From a virus (taxonomy: Duplodnaviria > Heunggongvirae > Uroviricota > Caudoviricetes): a stretch of DNA of 34,826 nt. A program made the position numbers and the translations under genes. Of this stretch, positions 11,064-23,686 are shown piece by piece. Each line of letters begins with the position of its first letter. Position 1 is the first letter of the stretch. The stretch lies in the IMG/VR virus record IMGVR_UViG_2877251553_000002. One strand, 5' to 3'. Under the pieces are notes generated by a model that had not been told where the DNA came from, searched no databases, and was given only the letters and a program-made list of their open reading frames with translations.

Positions 11064-11913
11064 TTTCTTCAGCCCTCATCATGGTACAGTTGGAACTCCA
11101 CGGACCGCCCACGGTTCGCGAAGTAATGGTGTGTATCACCCCTGTGATCGTATAATCGCCCGTCATATCAGGCAGTGACGATTCCAGATGCGCTGGCCTG
11201 CCAGTAAAGAGATCGGGGCAGAATATCGTGGTGGCGCTGAGTCCGGTCATGGTGTAAACCGGATAGCCAGTCAGTCCGTGATCCGGCGAAATCAGTACCG
11301 GCGGAATATTCCGGTTCTGCCCTTTCGGCCAGATGGTGACTTTCTCCACATTCCCCAGATCAATGTTAATATCGGCGGCTGAAGCGACATCCAGCATTTG
11401 TTGTACAACATTACCGGAAAAATGCGGGTCAGACAGACTGCGGCTGACCCCCTGGTTTTCAAATCCAAGCCCGACAGTTGACGCCAGCGCACGGATAATA
11501 TCTGCAACCGCAACATCGCCCTTTGCGCTGAAATCTGCCGCCGGCTGATTACGCAGATTAAAATGAATCTGTCCTGTCAGAATGAGCGGAATATCCGGCG
11601 CCTGGTTGTAGTCGGCGTATGCATCAGTAATATCACCTTCAAAAATAAGCCGCCCGTCGGCCCACAGCCGCATTTTATTTGCGGTACTCTGCTCCTGTCG
11701 CCACACACCGCGCCAGCTTAAATTCGTCATATGCGCCGGTGACATTCCCCAGATATACAGCGTGATTTGTGTACCAGCCACCCCTCCATATACGGCAATA
11801 CTGGCAAAACAGCTTGCGTCGGTAATGGTCAGCATATTGCCCTGGCCATTACCAAACGTTCGTCCGTCTGAAAGAGTGAACTCCACCGTTATTTTACGTT
11901 GTCTGTAGCTCAT
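11044..11913 (-). CDS. phage baseplate/tail protein (hub-like position)
   Basis: 289-aa ORF in tail-gene operon with overlapping start/stop to neighbours. Confidence 0.4.
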   Translation of the reverse strand: MSYRQRKITVEFTLSDGRTFGNGQGNMLTITDASCFASIAVYGGVAGTQITLYIWGMSPAHMTNLSWRGVWRQEQSTANKMRLWADGRLIFEGDITDAYADYNQAPDIPLILTGQIHFNLRNQPAADFSAKGDVAVADIIRALASTVGLGFENQGVSRSLSDPHFSGNVVQQMLDVASAADINIDLGNVEKVTIWPKGQNRNIPPVLISPDHGLTGYPVYTMTGLSATTIFCPDLFTGRPAHLESSLPDMTGDYTITGVIHTITSRTVGGPWSSNCTMMRAEENGTTTQ

Positions 11914-12212
11914 ATCAGTTCCTCAGGTAACAGCCAGTAGAGCCGGTACCGGGATCCGAGCCCCCGCCAGTCAGGGTCACTATTCCCCTCCGTGTCGGTA
12001 AAAAACAGATCCCCCTGAAACGGCAGGTATCCGTACCGGACAATCCGGTTATTATTCAGACACAGCACGCCATACAGGCACGGTTCACCATTAACAATGA
12101 TATCGATATACATCCCCGTAGTACGCTGATTCAGGCGAATGGTGCAGACCTGAGCGCCCAGTGTCACCGTAAACTGCTGGGCTTTAACGGGAGATAAAAC
12201 AATTTCCAGCAT
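11910..12212 (-). CDS. phage tail protein, hypothetical
   Basis: 100-aa ORF translationally coupled within tail operon. Confidence 0.35.
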   Translation of the reverse strand: MLEIVLSPVKAQQFTVTLGAQVCTIRLNQRTTGMYIDIIVNGEPCLYGVLCLNNNRIVRYGYLPFQGDLFFTDTEGNSDPDWRGLGSRYRLYWLLPEELI

Positions 12213-12922
12213 CAGGTGATCCCCCTGTTCGTGGCGCTTCGTCTGTCAGCGTCTGACGGTTGTGTCTCCGACGCCGTAACTGGCTGCGTTTTAACCGATG
12301 CGGCCCCTTTTGCTTTATCGTTGTCCGTGGGAGACGACTTATCCGTACTTCCCACTGACACCTCTCCTGTATTCATTACGGTCTGAAATACCGCAGTAAC
12401 CGTCAGTAAGGTCGGACCATTATTACTTCGCATTCGGTAGTCATATTTCACAAGGTCGCAGGATGTCCATGTCTTGTCCGGCGTCTCAATATCGTAGAGT
12501 CCTGCCGTGGTACGCATCCTTTCAAGCGTTTCCAGCACATTCGTCCGCGAGGTGGTGGAAAAATTTGTCAGGTTCGGGACGGATCCGGAAAAGGCCGTCC
12601 ACCCCTCTACAGTGAAAGTCACATGCAGTTCCGGCGATCTCTGGATTTTATTAAAGGTGGTATAAGCCCCCTGCTCCACGGGGACGGTGGAAACAGAAGC
12701 CTCCGCGCCCACCTCAACGACAACAAAAGAATCCGGGGAGAAAGGTTTGCCACCCTTCTGATGGGCACCTGCCGGATCATTCCGTGCGTAATAAATACCG
12801 AATGACGGTGCCAGTACACTATTAATGAGTCCCAGGACACAGCCGCCACGAACTGCACTCAGTACGTTACTTTCACTGAGCGAAAAGTTATTCAGGGAAA
12901 TATTATCGAAAGAAAAACTCAT
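12212..12922 (-). CDS. phage tail protein, hypothetical
   Basis: 236-aa ORF immediately downstream of the tape measure gene. Confidence 0.35.
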   Translation of the reverse strand: MSFSFDNISLNNFSLSESNVLSAVRGGCVLGLINSVLAPSFGIYYARNDPAGAHQKGGKPFSPDSFVVVEVGAEASVSTVPVEQGAYTTFNKIQRSPELHVTFTVEGWTAFSGSVPNLTNFSTTSRTNVLETLERMRTTAGLYDIETPDKTWTSCDLVKYDYRMRSNNGPTLLTVTAVFQTVMNTGEVSVGSTDKSSPTDNDKAKGAASVKTQPVTASETQPSDADRRSATNRGIT

Positions 12923-14938
12923 CCTGTTACCCCGCTGGAATAAACCGACACAAGCGCCGAATTCGTGATACGCCGACGTGCGTCATCGGTAATACCCTTC
13001 ACATTGTCCGACGTTGTGGTGACATTCAGTGTCCCGATATGCGTGGTTTCCGTTACGGTGGACTGCGATACAGGCGCAGGATGGAGCGACCGTATGGCCA
13101 TTGCCGCACCCGGATAAGGCAGGTTCGCCAGCACCCGCGGAATATAGTTGCGGGTCTCCTCCGGAGCAGCAGCCAGTCCCTTACGCTGAACATTTCCCTC
13201 TCCACAGTTATATGCCGCCAGAGCCTTAGCCAGATCGCCATGAAAAAAACGTATCAGGCCACCAAGTTTTCTCGCGGCGGCATCAGCGGCTTTTTCGGGA
13301 TCAAAGGCATCGTTCCCCCTCAGACCAAATTCACTGGCCGTCTTCGGCATGAACTGAAACAGTCCCATCGCACCAGCAGGTGAGACGGCAAACTGATTAC
13401 CACGGGATTCGGTGATCGCAACGCTGCGCAGCAGTCCGGGCGGCAGGTTATATTTTTCCTCCAGTTGAGACAGTTTCGGTTGCAGCCAGCCTAACAGGGC
13501 TTCCCCGGTCTTCGTCGGTCGCTGGCGGTTTTGCATGGCATTACCGAGTTTTTCCTGCGTCGCACGCATACCCTGTAGCCAGGATTCACCGAAGGCTGCT
13601 TCCCTCCCGGTTGCCTGAGAAGCCTGAGTATCCAGCATGCCCTGCTGCCATACTGTGGGTGATTGTGCCCGGGTGATGTTGCCAGGCTTTTCTCCGGCAT
13701 CCAGTTTTGTCTGATACGTCTCCATCTCTTTCTTATTGAAAAAGAAAGTCCCGTCTGAAGCCCAGAAAAAACCATGTGAATCCAGCCAGTCCTTATTTTC
13801 CCTGCCAACAATGGATGTCAGTAATCCGTCAACAACCGGGTAAAGCGCCGTTATCGCAAAAAGAAGGCCTCCGGGGCCACTGAGGGCTTTTGTCAGCCCC
13901 CGCACCCATGACGCCACTTTCAGCCCGATCAGCGTAATAATGACATTCTGCCAGCCCCCAGTTCTCCGGCAGCCTTATTCGCTAGGGAGGCCACTGACTC
14001 AACGTCATTCAGAAATGTGGTGATAAACCTGTTCACTTCCTCCGGATGTTGCTGCATCCAGTCACCGAGTGTCTCCAGCCAGTGGCTGAGCTTCAGCGCG
14101 TACGGCATCAACGCGGTGCTAATCGTCATCCCGATGCCGGACCAGGTCTGATCGAGCTCAACAAGCTCTTTTCGTAGCTTACGGGCCAGCGCTGTACGCC
14201 CCGGCGTAACCTGCGAACGGGAAGTAAATTCGTCCACATCTTTCAGCGCATGACCGGAGCCAAGAAACTGCTGTCCGGCATAACTGAAGCCCAGCGCGTT
14301 GCCGTAGGCAGTTTGTTCGGACTTTGTCAGTCGCGGAAAAATAACCGCCAGCTTGCGCATGATGGCTTCAGTGCTGTCAGTATTTAAATCAACACTAATG
14401 CCCGCCCTGGCTGCAACCTGAAACAAATCCTGTAACACAGGATCAAAGGACCTTCCGGCTCTGAAGGCCGCTTTTGCATTTGCAAGCCGGGAAAATGCCC
14501 CAGACATTTCCCCTTCATCAACATTATTTGCCCGCGCAGCCCGTAACCATCCGTCCAGATTTCTGGCCTTCATGCCAAAAGCATCGGATTCCACGGACAG
14601 ACGGTTCAGATCACGGGCAAAACCTGTTACCAGGTTCTTCAGCCCCCCAGCGTCAGACTGACACCCGCAAGAGCCAGAATCTCGCTACGGATTCCTGAAA
14701 AAAAACGGGACGCCCGTTTCCCGGCATCTTCCATTCGACGGGCCGTTTTATCAGCATCTTTTCCGGTTTTTTCCAGTGATTCACTGGTTTTCTTCTGTCC
14801 CTGACTGAATGTGTCAGCGACACCTTCCATCACCGTCGTGAGCCGGTTAAGGGCAGCATGTACTGCCTGTTCCCCGGCAGTAAAGTCCCTGTCATCAATC
14901 CCGAGGGACAGAACAAGCTCATCAAGTACCTGCGCCAT
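12919..14938 (-). pseudogene. tail tape measure protein with C-terminal lytic transglycosylase (SLT) domain, split over three frames
   Basis: ORFs 14639-14938, 13929-14594 and 12919-13917 are consecutive in different frames; the last has an SLT-like signature (ESRGNQFAVSPAGAMGLFQFMP...AAYNCGEGNV). Confidence 0.55.
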
Positions 14939-15290
14939 TTCTGTTCTCCTGTATCACCTGTTCGTTATGGGCATCCACATGAATTATTTCCAGCAGATCC
15001 CATAAGTCCTGCACACCAAGGACAGAATCCAGTTCAGCTTTTGAAGCCTTACCGGAGGAGATAACGGTCGCAATGGTACGGGGAACATTAACGTAATCCA
15101 CCACCCCGAACGGTCTGTCGGGGTCGAGATAACGCGGGGGATATCTAGCTGACGACGGTAGCGAAAAAATCCACATGCAGCTTAAAGACCTCCGCACGCA
15201 GATTAAGACGGGTAATGATTTCTTCAATATCCTCTTCAACAAGCGGTCTCCGGATGCTGCGTTTTTTCGGATCGGGAACAAACTGCACAC
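14922..15290 (-). CDS. ORF overlapping the 3' end of the tail chaperone gene in the +1 frame (possible frameshift extension)
   Basis: Protein-like acidic sequence (...PFGVVDYVNVPRTIATVISSGKASKAELDSVLGVQDLWDLLEIIH...) spanning the chaperone-tape measure gap; no convincing own start signal. Confidence 0.3.
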   Translation of the reverse strand: MCSLFPIRKNAASGDRLLKRILKKSLPVLICVRRSLSCMWIFSLPSSARYPPRYLDPDRPFGVVDYVNVPRTIATVISSGKASKAELDSVLGVQDLWDLLEIIHVDAHNEQVIQENRNGAGT

Positions 15291-15549
15291 AGTCCATCAT
15301 TTCATCCATCAACGGACGCGCCTCATCAGGCGGAATTTTCGATAATGCTTTCAGCCCTTCAAGGGCAAGCGCAGCCATCCCCAGACTACGAACATCATCC
15401 GGTAACTCCACGCCACCACGCCCCATTGCCATAATGGCACGCATCGCCCACCATTCCGCCTGTGAGGCAGACATTTCGGTAAGATGAAATACCTTGCCCT
15501 TATCCCGTCCCTGACCTTCAATAGTGATAAATTTCTCTTTACGGGCCAT
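15145..15549 (-). CDS. tail assembly chaperone
   Basis: 134-aa helical acidic protein between tube and tape measure genes, the conserved chaperone position; ends with a T-rich heptamer (GAT TTT TTC). Confidence 0.5.
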   Translation of the reverse strand: MARKEKFITIEGQGRDKGKVFHLTEMSASQAEWWAMRAIMAMGRGGVELPDDVRSLGMAALALEGLKALSKIPPDEARPLMDEMMDCVQFVPDPKKRSIRRPLVEEDIEEIITRLNLRAEVFKLHVDFFATVVS

Positions 15550-15887
15550 CAGTTAAAAACCTCCGGAGTAATGGTTTCCCACTCAATAACCGCCTGCCCT
15601 GGCTGCAACGTACGAGCTGCATCAGGCAGCGCTTTCCATTGTTTGAGTACGCCATTCACGCAGGTATATTTACGGCCAATCGCCGGAAGCAGGACGACAG
15701 CGTTACAACGGAATACAGCCCGACTGGCCCGGATGTGGTTGACCAGGTATCAAAAATATCCCGGCTGGGGGAATCCGGCATGATATGAAACGTCTGGATA
15801 ATGTTGCTGTACACAAATCCCGCGGACAGTTTGGTAATGCTGCCAACTTACTGATTTAGTGTATGATGGTGATTTTAAGGTGCTTGC

Positions 15888-16163
15888 GTGGCTTCCATTT
15901 CCATCAGATGTCCTTCCTGCTCCGCTACTGAAGGCGTGGTGCGTAACGGCAAAAGCACTGCCGGACATCAGCGCTATCTCTGCTCTCATTGCCGTAAAAC
16001 ATGGCAACTACAGTTCACTTACACCGCCTCTCAGCCCGGTACGCACCAGAAAATCATTGATATGGCCATGAATGGCGTCGGATGTCGCGCCAGTGCACGC
16101 ATTATGGGCGTTGACCTCAACACGGTTTTCCGTCACTTAAAAAACTCAGGCCGCAGTCGGTAA
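15888..16163 (+). CDS. insA: IS1 InsA
   Basis: 91-aa ORF, two substitutions relative to the copy at 4898-5173. Confidence 0.85.
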   Translation: MASISIRCPSCSATEGVVRNGKSTAGHQRYLCSHCRKTWQLQFTYTASQPGTHQKIIDMAMNGVGCRASARIMGVDLNTVFRHLKNSGRSR

Positions 16164-16189
16164 CCTCGCGCATACAACCGGGCAGTGAT

Positions 16190-16585
16190 GTGATTGTCTG
16201 CGCTGAAATGGACGAACAGTGGGGCTACGTCGGTGCTAAATCACGTCAGCGCTGGCTGTTTTACGCGTATGACAGGATACGGAGGACGGTTGTGGCGCAC
16301 GTCTTCGGTGAACGCACTCTGGCCACACTGGAGCGTCTTCTGAGCCTGCTGTCGGCCTTTGAGGTCGTGGTATGGATGACGGATGGCTGGCCGCTGTATG
16401 AATCACGCCTGAAGGGAAAGCTGCACGTTATCAGCAAGCGTTACACTCAGCGCATTGAGCGACATAATCTGAATCTGAGACAACATCTGGCAAGGCTGGG
16501 ACGGAAGTCACTGTCGTTCTCAAAATCGGTGGAGCTGCATGACAAGGTCATCGGGCATTATCTGAACATAAAACACTATCAGTAA
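16190..16585 (+). CDS. insB: IS1 InsB (N-terminal region carries a TGG to TGA change relative to copy 1)
   Basis: 131-aa ORF matching the C-terminal 131 aa of InsB; the upstream in-frame segment has a stop at codon 11. Confidence 0.7.
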   Translation: MIVCAEMDEQWGYVGAKSRQRWLFYAYDRIRRTVVAHVFGERTLATLERLLSLLSAFEVVVWMTDGWPLYESRLKGKLHVISKRYTQRIERHNLNLRQHLARLGRKSLSFSKSVELHDKVIGHYLNIKHYQ

Positions 16586-17949
16586 GTTGGAGTCATTACC
16601 GACAGTTTACCGTCAATACCGCGGGCAGTTTCCGCCAGTACCAGTGGATCGGTGCCATAAACGTTATCTGTTGCAAATCCCTGAAGTCGTACGCCGGAGG
16701 GATACAGATTATTCACTGTCAGCGTGATAATGGCATCCGCCGCAGTGATGGTGTTGTTGTTACCCGACATTTACTGGACCTCCGTGGATGCAATAACAAG
16801 TTTCTGGATACTACCGCCGTCACAGTACCAGAGCGTACAGGACGGACTGCTACGGGTTGCCCGCAAAGAGGGAAGCATATCGCCGATATACAGGTAATAG
16901 CCGGTGGCAAACAACGTTGAAGAAACATCTGCCTCCACAACATTGTTAATCTGTTTCTTCTGCGCCTCCGTCAGTGTCACCCCTTCACGGATCCCTCCCC
17001 AGCGTTTGTACTGCTGGATAACGTCACTCATTGACGCTGCAACCAGCGCCCGCCCTTCATTGTTGTAGGGGACCGTCTGGTTTGACTTGAATAATGCGAT
17101 CACCGCCCCTGCAAACTGGCATTCAGCCAGATTTGCCCGCAGAAACTGTCCAGCCATTTAAAATCACCGGTAATAGTGCCATCCGCCCAGTAATCTTCCA
17201 CCACACTGTTTTCCGCATATTTTCCGTAGAAATTGTAACCTGCGGCGATCAGCGCATCATAATCGCTGCCACTGGTAACATCAGCGGCCAGCCCCTCATA
17301 CTCGCGGAACTTGAATGATACACGCCCCTCTGGTCGGATAAAATCAAGGCACGCTGCATACCCCAGTACCGCTGCAGCCCGGTTACCATCAGTCGCGAAA
17401 ACAGGTACAACAGAGCTGTAGTTATTGACAGCAATTATCTGGTAAGCGATGTGTTCAGTACTGCCTTTTACTCTGGCGTTGCCGCTGGTTGTCCATGCCA
17501 CATAAAAGTAACGCTTGCCCTGCCCGTTTGCCCATGCAGAAAACGCCAGGTGTTGCTCGTCAGTGACCTCAGATACCGTGGAAAAACCCGCCCATTGCTG
17601 GGAAGCGGCCTTAATGGCTGCCATTGTGTCAGGGACATCAGATACAGGCGCGCCCCGGGATATCACCGCACCGGTGTTACTGGTCATCTTCAGGAGTTCT
17701 GCTGCCGATCCACTGCCGAACGTTATCGTGGTACTCCCGGGTTTCGCCCCGGCGACAGTAATGACAAAAGCATTCTGTGTGGTATCGAATACCACTGTAG
17801 CCACTGCTGCGGTCAGCGCTGTCTGTAGTGCCGTTGCAGCAGCGGCGAAGCTGGCGACACCGTTAAAATTCACTTCAATGCTGACGCTTTTCCCGTTAAT
17901 ACTCAGCATCAGCGTAAGCGTGCAGCAAGAACCGTATTGACGGGATGTG

Positions 17950-19487
17950 TTATTCAGTCGGCAGTGCTACGCGCCAGGGGAGCAGTTCGCCGACCCGGTT
18001 TATCGGCCAGTCGGCTATGACGTCAAGTACATAGCGGAGGTAGCTTTCTGGCTCCACTCCGTTCAGTTTGCACGTCCCGATCAGGCTGTACAGCAGCGCT
18101 CCCCGCTCTCCTCCATGATCCGAACCGAAGAACAGGTAGTTTTTGCGGCCCAGACTGACCATCCGCAACGCATTTTCAGCGATGTTATTGTCCGCCTCAG
18201 CCCAGCCATCATCTGCATAGTACGTCAGCGCCGGCCACTGGTTCAGGGCGTATGCGAACGCTTTCGCCAGTTCTGAGTGTCGCGACAGGGTTTTCATCTT
18301 TTCACGCAGCCAGCTTTCCAGGGATTTCAGCAGCGGTTTCGTTTTCAACTGACGTTCGGCAAGGCGCTGCTCCGCCGTCATTCCCCTTATCTCTGCCTCG
18401 ATGGCGTACAGTTCGCCGATCCGTTTCAGCGCTTCCTCCGTCAGGGCTGACGGGGTGCGAACGTGCACATCGTGGATTTTACGGCGGGCGTGAGCCCAAC
18501 AGGCGGCTTCCGTTATCCGGCCATCCCGGTACAGCTCGTTGAACCCGGCGTATGCATCCGCCTGCAGTACACCACTGAACCCCGCAAGATGGGTCTGCGG
18601 ATGGATGCCTTTTCTGTCCGGGCTGTAAGCGAACCACACCGCCGGCGCCAGCGTTGACCCGGCGTTACGGTCGTCACGAACGTAGGTCCATAACCGCCCG
18701 GTCTTCGTTTTCTTATTGCCTGGCAACAGCACCGGGACAGGCGTGTCATCGCATGGAGCTTACCGTCAGTCAGCACATAGTCCTGAAGCGCTTCTTCCAG
18801 CGGTGACAGTAGCCGGCAGCATGCATCCACCCAGCCCGACAGCAGTGAACGACTCAGCTCCACGCCCTGGCGGCCGTACATTTCAGACTGGCGGTACAGC
18901 GGGGTGTGCTCTGCATACTTTGAGATCAGCACGCGGGCCAGCAGCCCCGGTCCTGCGATACCCCGCTCGATGGGCCGTGAAGGCGCGGGGGCCTGCACGA
19001 TGGCATTGCACTGAGTACAGGCATGCTTTTCACGTACAGTCCGGATAACCCGGAAGACGCTGCGCATCAACTCCAGCTGTTCGGCGGCATCCTCACCCGG
19101 ATAGCTCAGTGAGCCTCCACATTCCGGGCAGCATGACGCTGCCGGCAGCAGCCGTTTTTCATCGCGGGGGAGTGATTCGGGGAACGGTTTGCGGGTGCGG
19201 GTTTGACGCAGCGGGCGCTGCACGGCCGGGTCGTCAACCCGACCGGTAAGGGTATCACTTTCTTTCTGAAGTGCCTTCAGGTCAGCTTCCATCTGTGCGA
19301 TACGACGGGAGACTTTTTCGGAGCGGCTGCCGAAGTTCATCCGGCGCAGCTTATCCAGCTGTGCCTGCAGATGGTCTATTTCGCGTTCACGCTCGTTCAG
19401 CTTTTCCAGCAGGGCACGGTTCAGCGCCTCCTGTTCGGCAAGGAGACGTTTCAGTGCATTGATATCGTCAGGAAGTGAGCTGCTCAT
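17950..19487 (-). pseudogene. IS66-family transposase TnpC, frameshifted
   Basis: ORFs 18513-19487 and 17950-18732 match the intact copy-3 TnpC; 1-bp deletion near 18750 (GTCATCGCATGG versus GTCATCAGCATGG). Confidence 0.8.
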
Positions 19488-19535
19488 ACCGGGTATATTA
19501 CCAGGCTCATTCAGCGTCGACCAGGATAAAGAGGC

Positions 19536-19883
19536 TTACAACATAGTCAGGGACGTAAGCAGTCTTTTAGGCTGCCGCCAGTCGATACCTTCAAGGAGCA
19601 TCGCCAGCTGTGCCGGTGTGAGGAACACTTTGCCATCCCGGGCTGACGGCCAGGCGAAGCGGCCGCGCTCCAGCCGTTTGGTCAGCAGACACAGTCCATC
19701 GCCGGTAGACCAGAGGAGCTTTACCTGACTGCCATTACGCCCACGGAAGATAAAAACGTGACCTGACATCGGAGCGTCTTTCAGCGTCGTCTGCACCTTT
19801 GCCGCCAGGCCGTTGAAGCCATTTCTCATATCGGTGATACCGGCAACCAGCCAAATTTTGGTCCCGGAAGGTAACGGGATCAT
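19536..19883 (-). CDS. IS66-family TnpB (orf2)
   Basis: 115-aa ORF, one substitution relative to the other copies. Confidence 0.85.
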   Translation of the reverse strand: MIPLPSGTKIWLVAGITDMRNGFNGLAAKVQTTLKDAPMSGHVFIFRGRNGSQVKLLWSTGDGLCLLTKRLERGRFAWPSARDGKVFLTPAQLAMLLEGIDWRQPKRLLTSLTML

Positions 19884-20281
19884 CGCTTCAGTTCCTGTAT
19901 CAGCAGAGTCAGGAGCTTTTCGCTGACATTGCCATTGAAGCGGAGCGTCCCGTGCCGGAACGTTACCTCACAGCTGATACTGAGGGTTTCCGGATCCTCT
20001 GCGAGCGATTCTGGCTGTTCGGCAGCTGCATCGAGAGTCACAGGAAGTAGCTGGGGGCTCTCTGAAGAAGGTAATAGCAGCTTTCCCTCGCGCCATTGTT
20101 GTCGCCATTTGAACAACAGATTGGCGTTAATGCCATTTTCAAGAGCAAGTTTTGAGATGGATATCCCGGGTTCACAGGAGGCAGCAACGAGCTGCTGTTT
20201 AAATTCGGGAGGATAATTAGGGCAGCCTTTTCGCCTGCCGGGATTCACATTTTTCTGCATATCTGACACTTTGGTTCCCAC
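19880..20281 (-). CDS. IS66-family TnpA (orf1)
   Basis: 133-aa ORF MGTKVSDMQKNV...; true start may be the internal Met at 20260. Confidence 0.8.
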   Translation of the reverse strand: MGTKVSDMQKNVNPGRRKGCPNYPPEFKQQLVAASCEPGISISKLALENGINANLLFKWRQQWREGKLLLPSSESPQLLPVTLDAAAEQPESLAEDPETLSISCEVTFRHGTLRFNGNVSEKLLTLLIQELKR

Positions 20282-20681
20282 TACTTATTTGGTGGACACC
20301 ACTTTGTCTAATTCGTCAGATTCTGACCAGACGGTTCAGGCTGTACGCTTACGCATCAGCGTGCCGGAAAGTTTTTGTAGCTGTTCAACAGTCGCGCCCT
20401 TAAACGAACCGCTACGTAACCAGGCCGCCGATGGGGCAGGACTGAAACGGGAAAACAACAATTGCCCCGGCGTCCTGGTGGCATTTTTGAAGCCCTGGAA
20501 ATAAAGCTGAGCGCGTGCGTACTCATCGGATAATGCACCAAAATACGCGGCCACATCATCCGGAGAGGAAAACGGAACCACAGTGCCGACCGGAAGTAAC
20601 GGATTACTGGTCAACAGCAGGCCGTTAAGATCGACGGCATTACCCGCCACAGCCAGCACACCGGGATTTATCTGTACATCT

Positions 20682-21107
20682 TTACTGAGTGGAATTGGCA
20701 TTATCAGCCTCCGTTGTCCGGGTGATCACGTTGTCAAAAAACATCAGGGAAGTTGTGACCACAGGGTTAATCTGCATCTGAATATCAAGCGTCCAGCGCG
20801 GTTCATACTGTTGCTGACCGTTGGGGAATGTGGTGTTAAAGGGCTCTGAGCAATACAGCGGGGAAATCAGCCCACCGCCCTGCCGGAAAAGCCGTACGGA
20901 AAATTCAGACCGGAAAAGCGTTGCCAGCACCTGAGCGTTATCTGCCGCGTGAGGGCCGTAGAAATCAAGCTGGCAACGCCATTTTGTGGTACGGGTGATA
21001 TGCTGAGAGCCCTCACCAGCCTGCGCTGGCGCAGAATATGCCACTACCGCAGTGGATAATCCGGTAACATCAATGCCCGTCATGGTGATGAAATTCCCCT
21101 GAGGCAT
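20682..21107 (-). CDS. hypothetical phage structural protein upstream of sheath
   Basis: 141-aa ORF; start of sheath gene overlaps its 3' end. Confidence 0.35.
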   Translation of the reverse strand: MPQGNFITMTGIDVTGLSTAVVAYSAPAQAGEGSQHITRTTKWRCQLDFYGPHAADNAQVLATLFRSEFSVRLFRQGGGLISPLYCSEPFNTTFPNGQQQYEPRWTLDIQMQINPVVTTSLMFFDNVITRTTEADNANSTQ

Positions 21108-21213
21108 CGGGACCTGGTTCTGCTGCGTTCGTTCAATCCCGGCATCAGAAAAAAGCCCCGGTGATAATCACCGAGGGCCTGATAAAGAGCGCTTTCCGTA
21201 ACGGAGAGGGTCA

Positions 21214-21575
21214 CACCTGAAGGCATACAATAACCCTCGTCCAGTCAGGCCAGATTTCCAGTACCTCAATCACCAGCCACGTTTCATCGCCAATAACAAA
21301 TTTATCGCCTCCCTGTTGCCGGGCACGGTTAAGCCCGCACCAGTTACCATCGGTATACAATGTGGCGAAAACTCCCTGCTGGTTAAGATTATCAAGATGA
21401 CGTAAATCAGCCTGGGTGACAGCCTGCTTTTGCCCCTGACGGAAACCGGATCTTCATACTCAGGTACGCGGGAATAATCTGCCTGCTGTGTACTCCCGCG
21501 GGAACGATAAACCAGCGCGTCTGTAAAGGGATTTACCCGACGTACTGCGCCGGAAACAATACCGTGAAAGTTCAT
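21214..21575 (-). pseudogene. hypothetical phage structural protein, frameshifted
   Basis: ORF 21270-21575 shifts near the C4/G4 tract at 21433-21436 into a frame that stays open to a stop at 21211-21213. Confidence 0.35.
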
Positions 21576-21826
21576 TTTTTGCCCCCGTCTACAGAATAAT
21601 CAACGCTGTCCATCATATGTCCGGTTTCAATAAGCGGGTTGTTAAAACCCTTTTGCCGGGCAGTGGATGCAGCGTTGGACGGACTTTCCCAGTCGCGAAC
21701 AGACATCTGCAACTGCCCTTTGATATGTTCTCCCATACACACCAGAGCGGTCGCAGTATCAAAATCATTCGCCCGTAATAAGGTCGCCATTTTTTCGCCC
21801 CATTCGGGACTTTTATGTTCGATCAT
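21572..21826 (-). CDS. hypothetical phage head-tail joining protein
   Basis: 84-aa ORF translationally coupled to neighbours. Confidence 0.35.
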   Translation of the reverse strand: MIEHKSPEWGEKMATLLRANDFDTATALVCMGEHIKGQLQMSVRDWESPSNAASTARQKGFNNPLIETGHMMDSVDYSVDGGKK

Positions 21827-22155
21827 CTTACGGAAGAACGGACGGGGGGAATGGTGACCGTGTGCTCAGGAATAACCACATCCTGAACAAAATTCCCTTT
21901 ACCGGCTTTGACAAAGCGGTGCCCGGTTTCTCCCGTTTTTTCGTTATAGCGAAAGTGGAGCGTCTGCTCACGGGCGGGTATGACCGCTCTTCCACCAAAC
22001 TCCTGAACTGCGGCAATATAAGCCACTGACGTACCGTCAGGGTAAGTTGCTCCCTCAAGAAAACCCACTTTGAGTTTTTTACCCAATGAAAGGTTCGCGG
22101 CAACCTGTTTCAGCTTCTGCCGGAACTGTTTGCCACCTGTGACTTTATTTACCAT
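21823..22155 (-). CDS. hypothetical phage head-tail/neck protein
   Basis: 110-aa ORF in a run of overlapping minus-strand ORFs. Confidence 0.4.
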   Translation of the reverse strand: MVNKVTGGKQFRQKLKQVAANLSLGKKLKVGFLEGATYPDGTSVAYIAAVQEFGGRAVIPAREQTLHFRYNEKTGETGHRFVKAGKGNFVQDVVIPEHTVTIPPVRSSVR

Positions 22156-22604
22156 CGACGCCCCCTCCCGTATCCCCGGTAATAATGCCCCGGATATCGC
22201 GAAGGTGCCCCCCCGGAATGATACTGCATTGAGCGGTATGGCGCTGTCGCCTGCCAGTAGTCAGCACCCCAGGGGGTCTGGAGATACCACCACGACGCAT
22301 CATTACTGCCGCTATTATCCACCGATACCGATACAGAACCTTCCGACGCACTGGTGATACGCCCCACCAGACCAGCCTGCCCGTCTCTCCCGTTTCCCAG
22401 CCCCCGCAATGCGCACAGATGCGCAACCAGCAGGAACAGAAGCTGTTCCCGCTCCTTCAGGTCGGTAACCGGACTGTCGTCCGTGTTATCCAGGTACAAC
22501 GCGGTCGCCCGGTTAAACACCGCCGTCAGTAGCTCCGGTGTCACCGTGGAAAACTCCGGGTACAGACTGACAAACATCCGACAGTCAAACGTCACCGTAC
22601 CCAT
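22149..22604 (-). CDS. hypothetical phage head-tail connector-type protein
   Basis: 151-aa ORF upstream of the neck/tail genes. Confidence 0.4.
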   Translation of the reverse strand: MGTVTFDCRMFVSLYPEFSTVTPELLTAVFNRATALYLDNTDDSPVTDLKEREQLLFLLVAHLCALRGLGNGRDGQAGLVGRITSASEGSVSVSVDNSGSNDASWWYLQTPWGADYWQATAPYRSMQYHSGGAPSRYPGHYYRGYGRGRRW

Positions 22605-22609
22605 AGCGT

Positions 22610-23677
<1,068 letters not shown>

Positions 23678-23686
23678 ATGGCGACA

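Larger units (their letters stand above)
15833..16600 (+). mobile_element. IS1
   Basis: Ends GGTAATGCTGCCAACTTACTGAT and reverse complement of GGTAATGACTCCAACTTA; 8-bp target duplication GACAGTTT (15825-15832, 16601-16608). Confidence 0.92.
15656..16770 (-). pseudogene. tail tube protein disrupted by IS1
   Basis: N-terminal 56 codons (16601-16770) and C-terminal 58 codons (15656-15832) are in frame once IS1 and one copy of the 8-bp duplication GACAGTTT are removed; ~115 aa total. Confidence 0.65.
17914..20352 (-). mobile_element. IS66-family insertion sequence (ISEc8-like), copy 2
   Basis: 2439 bp bounded by GTAAGCG...CGCTTAC terminal repeats and 8-bp direct repeat GCATCAGC (17906-17913, 20353-20360). 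Confidence 0.9.
16771..20701 (-). pseudogene. tail sheath protein disrupted by ISEc8-like insertion and a frameshift
   Basis: N-terminal part 20353-20701 continues in frame at 17913 (...[16 protein letters not shown]...) after removing the IS and one copy of the 8-bp duplication GCATCAGC; further frame change between ORFs 17100-17909 and 16771-17157; total ~500 aa. Confidence 0.7.

Noticed and set aside
14922-15290. Classic -1 programmed frameshift (G/GT type) joining the chaperone to the overlapping ORF
   Set aside because: The protein-like extension is in the +1 frame relative to the chaperone; a -1 slip at the T-rich heptamer would enter the third frame, whose product looks like off-frame translation. 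Kept only as an uncertain candidate.
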